Origin: Eledone cirrhosa
Taxonomy: Eukaryota
Length of the DNA stretch: 64,000 nt
Assembly (NCBI GenBank): GCA_964016885.1
Contig: OZ024745.1
Coordinates: 51,522,001-51,586,000, forward strand
Direction of reading: 5' to 3'
Made by a program: the position numbers and the translations under genes. The notes under the pieces are model-generated. The model saw nothing but the letters and a program-made list of their open reading frames with translations, did not search any database and had not been told where the DNA came from. The stretch's first letter is position 1, and each line of letters begins with the position of its first letter. Below are positions 1 to 13,200 of the stretch, in pieces.

Positions 1-230
1 GAGCAATCGTCTCCAAATGATCTGGCTGGATCCTCAAGCCTCAGAAAATTCTTCAGGGTCTCCTGTCGGTTGGTTTGCTCAAACGATCTGTCCGGTGATT
101 TTTTCCTGAGACATTCTAACAATATGCCCATAGAATCGCAGCTGTGATCTCTTAATTAGTAGGCGTAGCGGCTCTACCTGGTGTGATTCTCTGATCAGTT
201 TCTGTGGTAGTATTCACGCCAGTCACCAAT
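1..230 (-). pseudogene. RTE-clade LINE, degenerate post-RT fragment
   Basis: Minus strand translates as QVEPLRLLIKRSQLRFYGHIVRMSQEK, matching the RTE C-terminal 'IERSQLRWFGHLVRM' motif. Confidence 0.65.
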
Positions 231-1110
231 CTGGTACTTTGTCAAACTCACGAATGATTGGATTTTTTTAGAAGCGGCGTTTACTCGCCTCGCCGTAACT
301 ACATCACTGTGTTGTGAATGTTTTCTTGGGATCTACAGGTGTCACACATTGTTTCATCTTCCCTAGTAGTTTACCGCTGTTTGTCTGGGGTTGCTTATTC
401 GTCCTGCATTAGCCCGCTTATATCGCAACTAGCCATCATATTTGGTGGCTGTATCGCTATCCGCCACCTGTGACTCGTTCCTTAGCAGAACTGTAAACAA
501 AGCCTCTCCAAATCTTGAGTGGGCGTGAAAACATCTAATCTATATTGTAAATAATAGAAATGTAATGTCATGGTAATTATCTTCCAGTAATTTAACCAGG
601 CCACAAACAAAACAATCGTAGATTCATTTGCAACATTTCTGAAATCTTCTCGTTTTATTAAATGATTCTATAACATTTAATATCAACATTGGTATACTGT
701 GCGTTATTTTTCATCAAATGTGTTGTTTTAACATACTTTATATATACACATTTAAACTTCCAATATCCAGAAAAATACAGGAAACTGATAAATATTTGAA
801 TTGTTACGTTATTGATTCTATATTGTTTCATTTTATTTTCCTTTATTTCGCGTGTGAATCGACTTTGTATTTCGTCATTCCTTAGACGGTAAAGTAAATA
901 CCATAGCAGATAAAATCAATTATAACCACATGAAAATGTTGATATTTTTAAAATGGTTGTTATGTTTACGGTGGAAAGATAATTTTTGGAGCTGCTAATG
1001 CATAGTACTTACTGCTTCTATTCATTTTCATGTTTAGCTTTTGTACATTTTTTATTTGCAAGATTTGAATCCATTTTTGGCGTGAATAGTGAATATGAAC
1101 AGTATATATG

Positions 1111-1180
1111 AACACACACACACACAGACGCACATACACACACACGCTCACACACGCACACAAACACACACACACACACG

Positions 1181-1230
<50 letters not shown>
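1111..1230. repeat. (CA)n-(TA)n compound microsatellite
   Basis: Directly visible; it generates the spurious ORFs 966-1238 and 1108-1302. Confidence 0.95.
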
Positions 1231-1233
<3 letters not shown>

Positions 1234-2949
1234 AACAAATTAAAAAAAAAGTGTTTTAGATTTCTTAAATACCTGATTTATTTTCTAAATTTTAGCACCT
1301 AATAGAAATTGTGACAACTTATAAGCTATACTATATGCACGATATCTCAAAGTGGAGCTAAATCTCTTTCATCACACATAACCTCACGTTCATCCTCATC
1401 CCATTATCCTCATAGTCAATGTCGTCGTCACTATCATCATTATTCTTCTAATCATCCTCATCATCATAATCATACTCCTCCTACTACTACTCATCATCAT
1501 CATCACCACCACCACCACAACCACACGTTTGTGTTTCGTCCTTTTTGTCTTGAAAGTGGTTTTAACATTGCCAAGCAATACCAATGTGGCTTGTTCCCAA
1601 AGATCAATATTAACTTCAAACAAATACGTCTTAAAACGTGCCAGAAGAAAAGTAGGTTTATATAACTTTTTTTTCGTTTTAATAATGATCATATTGCAGT
1701 TAATAAGGCAGTAAAAACACTGCTGGCAACGATACAGTCTCTTTTAAAAAGTCATTCCAATTTGTCTTCAATTATTCCACACAACATTTTCAGTTAGTGT
1801 AACATTGGAAAACAACTTTCCTCTACATCTATTTACGTATTGATTCTTGATCAACTGCTATTGATTAATATATGTGATTCCTCTGTAAATACATATGAAA
1901 TGTACGCGAATGAACAAGTATATATATATTTATATATCCTTGAATATACAGGTTAGTTTAAAAGAGTAATATCTGTTCCAAATCCTACTCTCACCATATA
2001 TATCTCATATCAATCGATATCTCTCTCTTTTTCATTCCAACTTTCTCTCTCTTCATATTGCTAATTACCTCTATACATATGTAGGATTGTGAGTATATTC
2101 ATATAGGTATAAACACACCCACACATTATATATATGTGTATGTATAGGTTTTGAGTATATATTTATTTGTATAACTATTTGTCTTTATTTCTGCAATTGT
2201 ATCTAACTATAACCTATATAATTGTCCCAAATAGTCTTGTTATAATGTATATGTATGCCTATGAATCTTTATACTAATTGGTATATTTCTGATTTCTGTA
2301 TACATGTGTAGCTGTACATGTGTTTATGCACATCATTATATTACAAACGTATCTAAGCTTATGCTGATATATATATATATATATATGGCAATTTTTGGGG
2401 AGGGTTATGTCCTAATATTCCACGGAAAAATAGTAAAACACACTCACTGCTTTGTTTGGTTTTCGCTTCATTATATCTTTATATTTCTATAAATAATTTA
2501 GCAGTCAATTGATTAATTAACAGTTAAACATATGAATATAAATATAGTTTTTCAAATTTCTTTAGTCATACATATCTGTGACATCTTTAGCAAAGACCAT
2601 AAGACAATCGTATTATTTTAGATGAAACAAGCGTTGATATTAAATCATGAATTGCATTTTGATTAATACATAATAGATTTCAGTGTACATGTTTGCCACC
2701 AACAAACATGATAGATTTACAGAATTCATGAGGGTCTACACAGATACATACACACGCATCTAATATATATATATATATATATATATAGCGGCGATGAAAC
2801 AGTGAGTGTGTTCTGTTATTAATTCTGGCAATATTACGCAAATATGACCCTCCCCAAATATAACAATATATATATATATATATATACATATACATAAAAC
2901 ATACTATGTCATATTTTAAGTTTTGTGATATCACAGAAAACCTCAAAGT

Positions 2950-3240
2950 ATGGTTCTTGATTTTTATGAGGTAGGTATCAATCTGTTGCTGGAAACAATT
3001 TCCTTTTTACCAAGTTAACTATAATAGGATTTGTACACCAAGATGCATTTCTAGGATCGATATTCCTTATCATCTCCTTATCAGGTGTAAGCTCTCATTT
3101 ACACTCGGTCACCATAATGTGTTTCGCGTCGATGAAGCCAAAATATCGATGGTTATCTAAACTTCAGAAGATGCCGTCAATCCAGAATGAACTAAACCTG
3201 ATTCATTCATGGATAGATAAAAATACTATGAAATTCAACG
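2950..3240 (+). pseudogene. CR1/Jockey-group LINE RT relic
   Basis: Translates across frameshifts as VHQDAFLGSIFLII...IMCF.DEAKI...IQNELNLIHSWIDKNTMKFN, a decayed 'GVPQGSVLGPLLF..FADDTK..LQ.DL..W..N.M.FN'. Confidence 0.6.
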
Positions 3241-3529
3241 TTACGCTGTCCTTATGTATGTCTTTACTTTTGAACAGATTAGATTTCTCTTCACAGATTT
3301 CGTCTTCAAATACTCAATTTCATAGAAAGGTTTACAGAGAACGTTCACCAACCAAATAACTTAAATGCCTTGATTATTAGGAATACTCGAAAGCTCTGCA
3401 CCTCTAATCTCTTTTACGACGAATAGAAAAAAGGAGAGAGAGAAATAGATATATAGATAAATAAAGAGAGAGAGAGGGGGAGAGGGAGAGAGAGATTGTT
3501 ATATATATAAATATATATATATATATATG

Positions 3530-4070
3530 TAAGTTCATAGAAGGGTATGTTCAAAACATTTGCATTAAATGAAATGTTACTGCAGGAACTGGCAGTTCAT
3601 TACGGTATTTTAGTTCAATCGAATTACTTGACGTTACGCTAAACCTCGAAAATAGGTCACGCTACACTTACAGGAAACCAAATGAATCTCGTATCTAGTT
3701 AATAAAACTTCCAACCACCCACGTTCAATCACAAAACATACCGAAATATGTAGCTATTAGCCTATTACTATTGACTGCAATTAAGCAGATGTTTAGGGTC
3801 TGTGCACCCTACTACAATGATGCCCTCCACCGAAGTGGGTTTCAGCAAAAGATTGAATTCGTCGGGTTACCCATCCATGAAAATAACCAGAAATGTAGAG
3901 TCAAATGACCCTACGTACAGTGCCGAATTGGCGGGGCCTCTCACCAGGCCGATTTTCGCAATGATCCAGAGGTAGTCCTACCTCAACACTGTTACAATCA
4001 AATATTTAATAAGAACACGGTGAAAAGCATACAACAAATATATCTAAGCTCAACAAACATACACATATTC
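3530..4070 (+). pseudogene. Penelope-like element RT thumb/linker relic
   Basis: LLDVTLNLENRSRYTYRKPNES..NKTSNHP, CAPYYNDALHRSGF and YNQIFNKNTVK match the PLE ORFs at 7.7-8.4, 25.6-26.7 and 52.9-53.5 kb; many stops and frameshifts. Confidence 0.75.
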
Positions 4071-6126
4071 CCTCAACTTTCCATTTTTGACTTGATCATT
4101 AAGGGTATGTTCGACGCCACTGGCTCCTAATCACAGCTTGACCTGTTAGAATTCGACCGAGTGGAAGGCAAAAAGCCAGACAGTCTTCCCGTCTGAGAGA
4201 CGTTAAGTGGGACGCAGCATGCAGCGACATATTTTCCAGCAAGCAGCAACCTAGTGAATTCAGTGACAGACACAGGATTCCTCCCCGAACAAGTTGAGTA
4301 TCACAAAATGTTGAAGTACGCGCCGTTTTCAGATACGTCTATTATTGGAGACTTCTGGCGTCATGGGCCACCGAATTACTTTCTTAGTTACTGGTATCGG
4401 AAGGAAGTTCGCCATCCACAAGAATGACGAGTTGGAATTGAACTTACATCACAACATTTTCACCATTCTATGAGTAACGCCTTCACAACTATCACTGCTG
4501 GGACCAGGGCTTAATATCTGTATTTTGTTCTGCATATCAGTAAAGGAGAACGATCAAACGAATGAACTTGACTACATTTCATTTCATGTTTCGTGATGTA
4601 ACCGTTTGACAGTGGATTCATGTACAAATTCAATCCTGATTACTTGCACACATATATAATTATTTACATTTGTACGCATATACGTTATTATTGATAAACA
4701 TTTGTACATAATCTTTCAACTTTTATTGGTGCTGCTTGCGTTAATATGTATGATATTATTCTTTTTCAAATCAAAATATTCTTTGTGAGTCTAGTGCAAA
4801 AGAATTGGATAGTGCAGATGATTGAGAATGAAGAACGGTTGCATAGGAGCATTAAAGAGTTGTTTTATTGTAACTGCGATCAAATCCTGATGTGAGTGAT
4901 TTAGCTTTTCATCTCCTCAAAATCAATAAAATTGTGTTAGCATCGATTAATTAATTATAATTTTTCTTTCAACAGTCATTCAATATTGATGTGTGTTTGT
5001 GACCCACGGATAATGCTGTTCAGAATTTCAGTCTGCAGTAGATTATGTGTCCAATACGTTAGACTATTTTCAAAGTAACAAAAAGATACGTTAGTTCAAG
5101 ATGCTACATCTAAGTTTATTTCAGTAAAATATATATACACGGAACGTATCTAAAAATAAATCATTTGCTCACATTCTGATCAATTGAAAAGATTTAATGT
5201 AACAGCAAATTTCATCAGCCTCGATGTGGTGAAACTTGTAAGAGCACAACTCAATGAAGACTTTACATCGAGTGATGCCTGTGATTGAAGCGGTTTTAAG
5301 TGAAGAAAAGCCTTGCACTGGGCAAATGCCATTCTCTGAATAACTGTTGTAGGTATCCCAAAACAGGAGTAGGTCAATATCATTGGCTGTTCGCGATTCG
5401 CAGGTTTGACATCACAGTTTTCTTTCTAGAATGATGTCCTAATGAGAAATAGGCCCTTATCTCCTGACTCGCTGACCACGCGCTCGGGCAGTAAACCAGG
5501 TATTTTCATGTCCACTCACATGTGATGGATGCAAATCGATTCTGAGTCATGCATCGCTTGATACTTAAGCATGAGAATCACGGACGAGGCTTTTAAATCT
5601 TGCTAGGGTCTTTTCTATGGCCAGCAATATCATGCATCGCAAAAAGTGTCATATATCAAGCGATTCCTGTGCTTGAAGCTTTTTTATGTGAGGAAAGGCT
5701 TTGTACAGGGCCAATCCCACTCTCTGAACATCGAATTCATTTGCCCAAAAAGAAGAACTGGTACATCATTGGTAGCAAGCGAAGTCGCGGGCTTTATATT
5801 TGAGTGACCTTATCACAGAGAGATGTCTTTATGAAGACGAGGAGTTTCTCGCTCACAAAAAAATAAGAAAATGAATGGTCGTTGACTCTCCTGAGTTCCT
5901 CCGCCCTTTGACGGATTTTGTTTTTCATCCAATAGGATGTCCAAATTCACCCTCCTCACCAAGCAAGCTTGGTGGCTTTACCGACTTAGTTACCGACGAA
6001 CCGAGCATGCTCAGGTTGTACTGTGTTACATGATACCTGTAGCGTTGAAGAGCAGCTTGAACTATACATGCATATATAATACGTATATATATATAAATAT
6101 AAAAAAAAAACATATGCGCGTGTATG

Positions 6127-6219
<93 letters not shown>

Positions 6220-6221
<2 letters not shown>

Positions 6222-8940
6222 TATTTACCTATCAAGAGAGAGAAAAAAACGGGGATGATAGGTGATACATATAGTTATTTGCCAAGTAGTGTATGCCAAA
6301 GGTGCTCGATACTAGTGCCGGCAGTATTAAATATTCGAAGTGTTAATATTTAGTTTGCTAGAGAGTTAGTAGAGCGTAAGCACGTGGGAAAGTAAGAAAT
6401 CGGAGAATAGACAGTTAAAACATGTTTATTTAAAACAGCACCTACGTACGTTTCGCCCAGTGTGGCTTCTCAAGGGAATAAATAATCAAAAGTGTTCCTT
6501 ACATTGCTCGGAAAGAGTTTTTGGGGTTAAATCCACGTCAAGGTTCATTGCTCGCAAAAATAACTTGTTTTGATGTTGCAGCAGGTCAAGGGAGGTAACT
6601 CTGGCCGGTTTAAGGCAGTCTTTCCCGGACAAATGTTTTTATCCGCTACGAGATGAGGTTTCAACCTTACCATTGTCGATACGCATGTAATCAACGCTTA
6701 TTTTGAGAGTTCTTTTTCGCCGCATCTGTTTGTCTGAGTCGTTTGAAGCTGGGTCTGGTATGCAAGGATAGTTTCCTGGGTGTTATTTTGCAGATCCTGC
6801 CCGCCGGGGTGTTAAGACATGTTGCAGGGAGATCCGGTGCACGGTTTCACTCCTCATCCTTAACCCATCTGAAGAAGGATATTTTTAAGCGATGTGTACA
6901 AATTATCACTGTTTCAGCTCTGTTGATGAGCTCGTGGGGTGCAGTTATGATGTGGTAGAGCTCCATGAGGCAAAGATCGCATTTCCTCTTGAAGTTGAAC
7001 GGTGCAGCCCTGCCGACCATATCCCAATGCGTGGAGAAGCTGATGTTTAAGTCCTTTAGTGATGTGATGTAGTCTGCGAGCGAAGTGGAGTGTCTTAGTT
7101 TTTTATTTGTGAAAGAGTGGAGATGTGTTCGAAACCTAATTTTGAACGGGCCGGAGGTAGCCTCTATATAATGTTTAACGCTATTGTGGCTAGTTATAGT
7201 GCATCTATATATAACCCTATCAGTCAAGCAGTATCCTCTAAGGGGGCAGCGTCCTCTGTCGCAGCAGTTGCAATTTCTGTCGCGGTTCCGTCTATTTCCC
7301 ACGGTAAGGCTATCATTGTTGCTGTCTACGTTATTACCTACGCTACTGCAGCTGTCGTTAGCACCATTACAACCCACAGCACGCGGGCTAGTGCGATTGT
7401 TATTCCGCATGTCATGTCCTGCATGTTCCCCAGTCATTTCACGGTTATGCTGGTTGCGTCTGCGGATGCCGTTGCCAACACTATTGGATACTACTAGGGA
7501 GTTGTTAAGGTCGATATAGTTATTGTCATGTGTAGGTGCGTCTGTGTCGAGGTGCTGTGTCTTGGTGATCTTACTGTGGTTCGTTGTTCCTATGATGTAT
7601 GCTAGGTTAAGAGTAGTAGAGAAGGATATTTTTATATTGTTCCTATTAAGAATTTTTCTATACCTATGGTTGGGAGGGAAGTTCTTCTCTAAGGCTTCGA
7701 AGAACGTCCGGGGTAAGTTGGAGGCCACACTCCGAGAGTAGGGAAGGGGGGAACCATAGGACGTTACGGTGGCGATTACGTGTCCTTGTACGTTTGCTAC
7801 GGGTGGTTCCATCTAGGTGACCGCTCTTATGTGTCTTAATGCACAGTCGCCCGTTCAGTGCCCCTTTCACTTTATGCTCAGGTGCACTCTTCCTACCTCT
7901 TCCATGTTTATGTACAGGAAGATGTTGGTTGGAAGGCGTTGGTAGTAGGCCGTCGCCTTTGTTGGTTTTGTAATAGGGGAATAGTTCGAGTAATCTACAG
8001 TGGTCACCGTCGCTGGGGTCGTGATATTTAGTGCGGTTATCTATTCTGTTATATCCCACTTTAACGAGGTCGTCGCGTGATCGGTTATAGGTATGGCTTA
8101 CTATAACGTTCGCTTTATTAGGGGGTTGGTTTCTAGAGCTAGCGTTAGGGAGGTAGGAAATTCCTCGGTTAAAGCCGGCGCTTATCAAGGCCTTATTGTA
8201 GTAATCTGCCGCTTGGTTGAAGATATCCTCATTGGCGAATAGTCTCGAGATTCTATGTGAGATACTATAGACTATGGAGTTGAGAGTCTGCTTAGGGTGG
8301 TTTGAGGCATAATTAATATAAGAGAGACACTCTCCAGGCTTATGGTATGGCTTGTATAAGCCCGTACTCAACTCCAGGGTCACGTCCAGGAAGTTGACAA
8401 CCCTGTGGTTAGATCCATAGTTACGGATAGGCCGTATGACTTGAAGAACCTGTGTATGTGTTTGTTAAGGTTCTCTATCCTACGGGGGCTATGGTTCCTA
8501 ACGGTAAACAGGGCGCCGTCCCTATATACACCTCCTTGTAGGGACGGTATCTCTTCCCTAAGCTTAATCAGGAGGTATATCCCAACCAGGTCTGTTGCTT
8601 GCGCTGAGTCACTGGACCCCATCGTGACATCGAAGTTATCAGGACGGTTGGTTCTGGTCCAGTGGGAGCCTCCGAACTGGATAATGGTTCTACGCGCCAC
8701 TAGAACTATGTCTATTTCTTTTTTAGTGAGGCTAGTGTTAGATTTAGCTAAGATAAGTGCCTTATTTAAGAGTATGGGGGAGATAGGGGCGTAGTAACTA
8801 TCTCTGTCAAACTGGATGAACTGGTGGCTTTATCCGGCAACTCGGTGAACCAATTTATGATCTGGTCGGTGTTGCTCCAGAGGCATACCTTAGCCTTTCT
8901 ATTAAGCTCCAGTAGTACTCTGTCGAGGATCACTTTACTA
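6220..8940 (-). mobile_element. Penelope-like element copy 1, 5'-truncated (RT + GIY-YIG + 3' pseudo-LTR), abutting (TA)n
   Basis: Frameshifted ORFs 8766-8954, 8380-8700 (FDVTMGSSDSA; catalytic YRDD decayed to YRDG), 7664-8383 (KPYHKP..SNHP) and 6847-7812 (CNCCDRGRCPLRGYC, VIY..HYIE, CDLC, CTH). HHR and AATAAA follow in the 3' region. Confidence 0.93.
6441..6476 (-). ncRNA. Minimal type-I hammerhead ribozyme, U3-A8 core variant
   Basis: Minus strand CC-UUGAGAA-GCC(ACACUG)GGC-GAA-AC(GUAC)GU-A-GG. Stem III is palindromic and AATAAA lies about 10 nt downstream. Stem I is only 2 bp. Confidence 0.7.
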
Positions 8941-9576
8941 ATATATACAGACATGTATACAGACGTACAGAAGTATGTATATATATATATACATATATAT
9001 ATGTGTGCATGTATGTATATATATATATATACATACTACTGTACGTCTGTATACATGTATGGATGTACGTATACATACTTATATTTAAGTAACAGCCGTA
9101 CTTAGAGTGAGAAATCAAATTTCGTTTCATTTTTTCCGTTTATCGTTTTCGGTACCTCGGCCGATTAACTCACTCGATATGCACATTAGGCTGTTCAGCC
9201 GTTAATATGCATAAGGAAAGTATATACTTTCAGACGTTCAATCATCTGGCAGGAAGGTATATGTTGCTGACGATAGCTAATAAGCTTAAAACTAGTACAG
9301 CATTCCTTTGTCAGTGTTGAACAAATGAGCAAAGATGGTTGCTAGACACTGTACGGCTTAATTCGGGATGTTTGTTTACAAACACACCAAGCATTATAAT
9401 AAATGTTCGGTGAATCCATACGTACATATATATATGTGTGCATGTATGTATATATATATATATATATACACATACTACTGAACGTCTGTATACATGTATG
9501 TATGTCCGTATACATACCTATTTTTAAGTAGCAGCCGTACTAAGAGTGAGAAATAAAATTTCGTTTCATTTTTTCC

Positions 9577-9580
<4 letters not shown>
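8941..9580 (+). mobile_element. HHR family B non-coding repeat, ~1.4 tandem units (period ~433 nt), with a short 5' inversion
   Basis: gtgtgcatgtatg...tttccgttt occurs at 9003 and 9436. 8950-8985 is an inverted copy of ~9025-9060. Homologous to 39057-39965 and 56693-57420. Confidence 0.8.
9261..9303 (+). ncRNA. Hammerhead ribozyme family B, G12A decayed copy
   Basis: AUGUUG-CUGACGA-U-AGC(UAAUAA)GCU-U-aAA-ACUAGU-A-CAGCAU; 6-bp stem I, but GAAA has become AAAA. Confidence 0.7.
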
Positions 9581-9634
<54 letters not shown>

Positions 9635-9638
<4 letters not shown>

Positions 9639-9990
9639 ATAACAAGTTATCGTTATAGGTAATCCACTTAGAGGTTGTGAGTACTCTGCGTCGTTTAACG
9701 TACGGCTTTTTTTGACTCAACAAGTTGCTTCCATAGTTATGCAGCGAGTTCGCGGTAATTTGTATTCAGGTTATACATGGAGTAATAATAGTTAAAGAAT
9801 GAAGATTAACATGGTTGGCTGTACATATCTACATGCTCTGATGTGTTGACCATAGGGGAATAATGTATTGGAGATCGAATATCGCAACATCAAACGATTA
9901 GCGAACTCTAGACCCACATGATCAACGAAACAATTGTCAGCACTTTAAATAAAGCCCTTATTGTACAACCAACCATGTTAATCTTCATTC

Positions 9991-9995
<5 letters not shown>
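9635..9995. mobile_element. ORF-less PLE family C pseudo-LTR pair in inverted arrangement, within (TA)n
   Basis: 9635-9825 is homologous to 28538-28740. The ~31-bp segment aagaatgaagattaacatggttggctgtaca (9795-9825) is inverted at 9962-9992. An HHR lies in the + arm. Confidence 0.75.
9834..9942 (+). ncRNA. Hammerhead ribozyme family C with ~82-nt stem II domain
   Basis: UGCU-CUGAUGu-GUUGA...UCAAC-GAA-AC(AAUU)GU-C-AGCA; this copy carries an A9U change. Confidence 0.7.
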
Positions 9996-10067
<72 letters not shown>

Positions 10068-10429
10068 GAGCAAAATGATTGAAAAGATATGTTCTTTTAA
10101 TTAAATGCATATAATGTTAATATATATATTTTACTTTTGTTTGTGATTCTTTAGACTGCATCTATACAAATCTATACAAACGAAATGAAATAAAAGTGTG
10201 TAATATTGTATTTCAATACGTTGATTGTTGTAGAAATTGATTCCACCATATTTCTAATTGCAAAAATGATGCAAAGTTAAGAAATTGCCAACTTAACACA
10301 TAAAACTAAATATATAATTAAAATGAAGTTATCTCTAATCTAATATGTGTAATACATACATGCATACACACATACACACAAACACATACATATATATATA
10401 TATATATGGGGTGGTGGTGGGTGGTGGAT

Positions 10430-10496
<67 letters not shown>

Positions 10497-11435
10497 TTTG
10501 TCGGAGTATGTTTGGATGTGTGAGAGAGAGAGAGAGTGCGTTTTGTATTTCAGTCTTGTATTCTTTGACGGAGAAGAAAATAAGACGGAAATTTATTTGT
10601 TGTTACAATGAAGTCCTATTTACGTTATCAATTTTATATTCTATCGCAGCAGACCATCGAACGTACGTATAGACACATGTCTGAAAATATAGTCGATAAA
10701 TATACTTAATTCATATTTTTTGTTACAAATAGGTAATAGAAATTTATAAAGAAAATTATTTAACAAAAAAAGGAATCAGCATATTTGAATAGATGTCCAT
10801 TAGAGAAATCTATTGAACAGTGATTTCTATGCTATTGGCAGAATAATTGATTTCGCGACAATGGTTTAAAATTAATGTTGCCCTTTACTTATTGATCTAT
10901 TTACTTTTTATGTGCTTGGTATCAGACATCTATCAATAGTAGAATTATCAAGACTACAAAACGAATATAATACATTGAAACACACTAGCTTTGAATAATC
11001 AAATTGAATATCCTCTCTTTATCTAATTCTTCTCCTCTCACACTCTTTTGCTATTTGTTTTTTGACTCGACAAAAAGGAAAACGCACACATTCGCGCGCA
11101 CAGACACATGATCAAGTAAACAAATTGATGAAATAGACCCAATTTATGATTGTCTAAATACCAAGATTCTGTTTATTCGAACACACCAGAATTTATCACT
11201 GTAAGATTTAGGATATTACTGAGGTTAGTTATGGAGAAAGGCGTAATAAGCTTCCTGCTTTAAATATTCATCGTGTCAAATATTTATATTTTTTACATTG
11301 CCAGCGGCAGCATGCTGTTCGGATTGTAATATTCTATGGATGAAATCACAGCTGAAATATGTTTTATTAGTACTTTATAAACAAAACATTGCAATATGTG
11401 TCATAATGAACATTGATTATGTCAGATTATTTCCT

Positions 11436-11620
11436 TGGATTGGCAGTATCGGTAGAGGGTCGGACGCCATGCTTTGCAGCACAGTTACGTCCCTTTACCG
11501 ACTGAGTTCAAATCCCGCCGAGGTTAACTTTGCCTTTCATCCTTACGGGGTCGATAAAATAAAGTACCAGTAATACACTGGAATAATTGCTGGCCTTGTT
11601 CCAAAAGTAGAAACAATTAT
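11436..11620 (+). mobile_element. tRNA-derived SINE with Nin/Deu-like core
   Basis: A-box-like TGGCAGTATCGG, B-box GAGTTCAAATCC, core gcctttcatccttacggggtcgataaaataaagtacc. There are 13 copies in the window. Confidence 0.9.
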
Positions 11621-11759
11621 TTCCTAAGAAGTTTTATAGCAGCATATGCGTATTAAAGTCCACGGGATTACACCTAAATTTAAGAAATATTTCCTTCAAT
11701 ATATGGAATAATTACATTTTCAAAAGGATGCCTCGTATTCATTCACCTTTGGTGAACAT

Positions 11760-13200
11760 ACCCTTGGTCAGGAGGCGTTGATGTCGCCAAATGGTGTTCA
11801 AAGTTCATTGGGTGTTTAGACAATAACCCGGAACACACACACACACACACACACAAACACCACACACACTCTCTCTCTCTTGTGGGTCAGCAGTGGTTGC
11901 CAAATTACTGCATATCTTCGCCTCCTGGGTTCCATCTCCTGGTCCGAAAGCAACAATAAACCCTTTCTGCTGCCTACCCCATCCTGCGAACACCAGTATC
12001 CGTCTCTCTTCCGGTCATTCTAATGGCAGTGAGCATTCTCCATACTAAGTAAGCCGAAAATCCCCTGCAGCCTACTTCGACTGGAAATAGCCACATGAAT
12101 ATCTGAATTTGTACATTCTGTGAGTCTAAATATATCATCGACATTCAGCACTTTGCCACTTTGAATATCACTATCACAGATGTCTGAGGAAACTGGAGCT
12201 TTCCTGACCTCATTTAAAGGCCACCTTTAGAGACATCATACACTGTTAGCAGCTAGCGGTGTGCTCCAACCTCATTCTTGGCCATGTTCCAACATAGTCA
12301 AAACACTGCTAACACATATCTTGCTTCCTGCATTCTGGCTGTCACAGTGAGATCCTCCATGAAACCTCTTATTTGGTGTTGTTGGACTCTCCATAACATA
12401 CTTGCTCCTTGAGATACTTGGTCTACGGCCGATATAAATAACTGTTTCTACTTTAGGCACAAGGCCAGCAATTATCGAGTTCATTACTGGTACTTTATTT
12501 TATCGACCCCGTAAGGATGAAAGGCAAAGTCAACCTCGGCGAAATAACTTCATTCCGAAGACGAAATGGATTTAGGAGATGGCGCAGCACGTTACTATTC
12601 GTTTTTCCAGCTCCTAACAAGGAGTTGTACAATTGTCTATTTACCGCAACTAGAAATATCTAAGGTAGCTAGTTTTCATTCCCTTGATGTGGTGAATGAT
12701 AAGGTAATGATCTAATGCTGTTTGCATGAGGACATGAAGGATTGATTTATATGCGTTCGCTAACTCCCACCCTTCTGGCTCGAAGTGCTGATGTACCCCG
12801 TCTCAGCCCCATATGAGGTCATTCTTCTCGCGAATATTGACAGGATCTTGCATTGCACACATGACAGTGAGATCTTTTGAAATTAGCTGATGACTGATGA
12901 GTTTTCTTCATTTTGCAGAAGACAGCCATCGGTTCCTTTCTCCAGATCAACAGGAAGAGCTTCTACAATCTCCGAAGGAGCAATAGGCATTATTTATATA
13001 CCTTTTAAATTAAACGGCTTGGGCAGGGGCAGATCCCAATATGGCTATTTTTAACAACCTCTTAGAATTCCTTTCTGTACGATTCCCTTCTGTGTTTCAG
13101 CTATACTGTTGAGTTGATTGGTGCTCAGAGCTTGGTTCCTGAATGGGTCATTGTGAGTCTCTTTCAGGAATGACGTGTGTTGCTGCTTATATGACGTAGA
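11760..13200 (-). pseudogene. HERO-like (RLE-type) non-LTR retrotransposon RT relic, interrupted by a SINE
   Basis: Minus strand gives KVYK*CLLLLRRL*KL..IWRK, GCLLQNEENSSVIS*FQKISL, ARRMTSY..TSSQKGG, ELEKRIVTCCAIS and QIRGFMEDLTVT (FMDD). These match HERO-type RT motifs as I recall them. Confidence 0.7.
12438..12546 (-). mobile_element. SINE, 5'-truncated, inserted in the HERO-like relic
   Basis: Reverse complement of the SINE core and tail. Confidence 0.88.

Noticed and set aside
5180-5920. Higher-GC stretch with faint RTE endonuclease-like fragments on the minus strand
   Set aside because: Too degenerate to assign by eye.
7117-8794. Plus-strand ORFs over PLE copy 1, and similar antisense ORFs over the other elements
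   Set aside because: Antisense shadows of TE coding sequence with no motifs of their own.
12887-12901. Tandem CTGATGA motifs
   Set aside because: They lie inside the HERO-like coding relic, and no stems or GAAA close a hammerhead.
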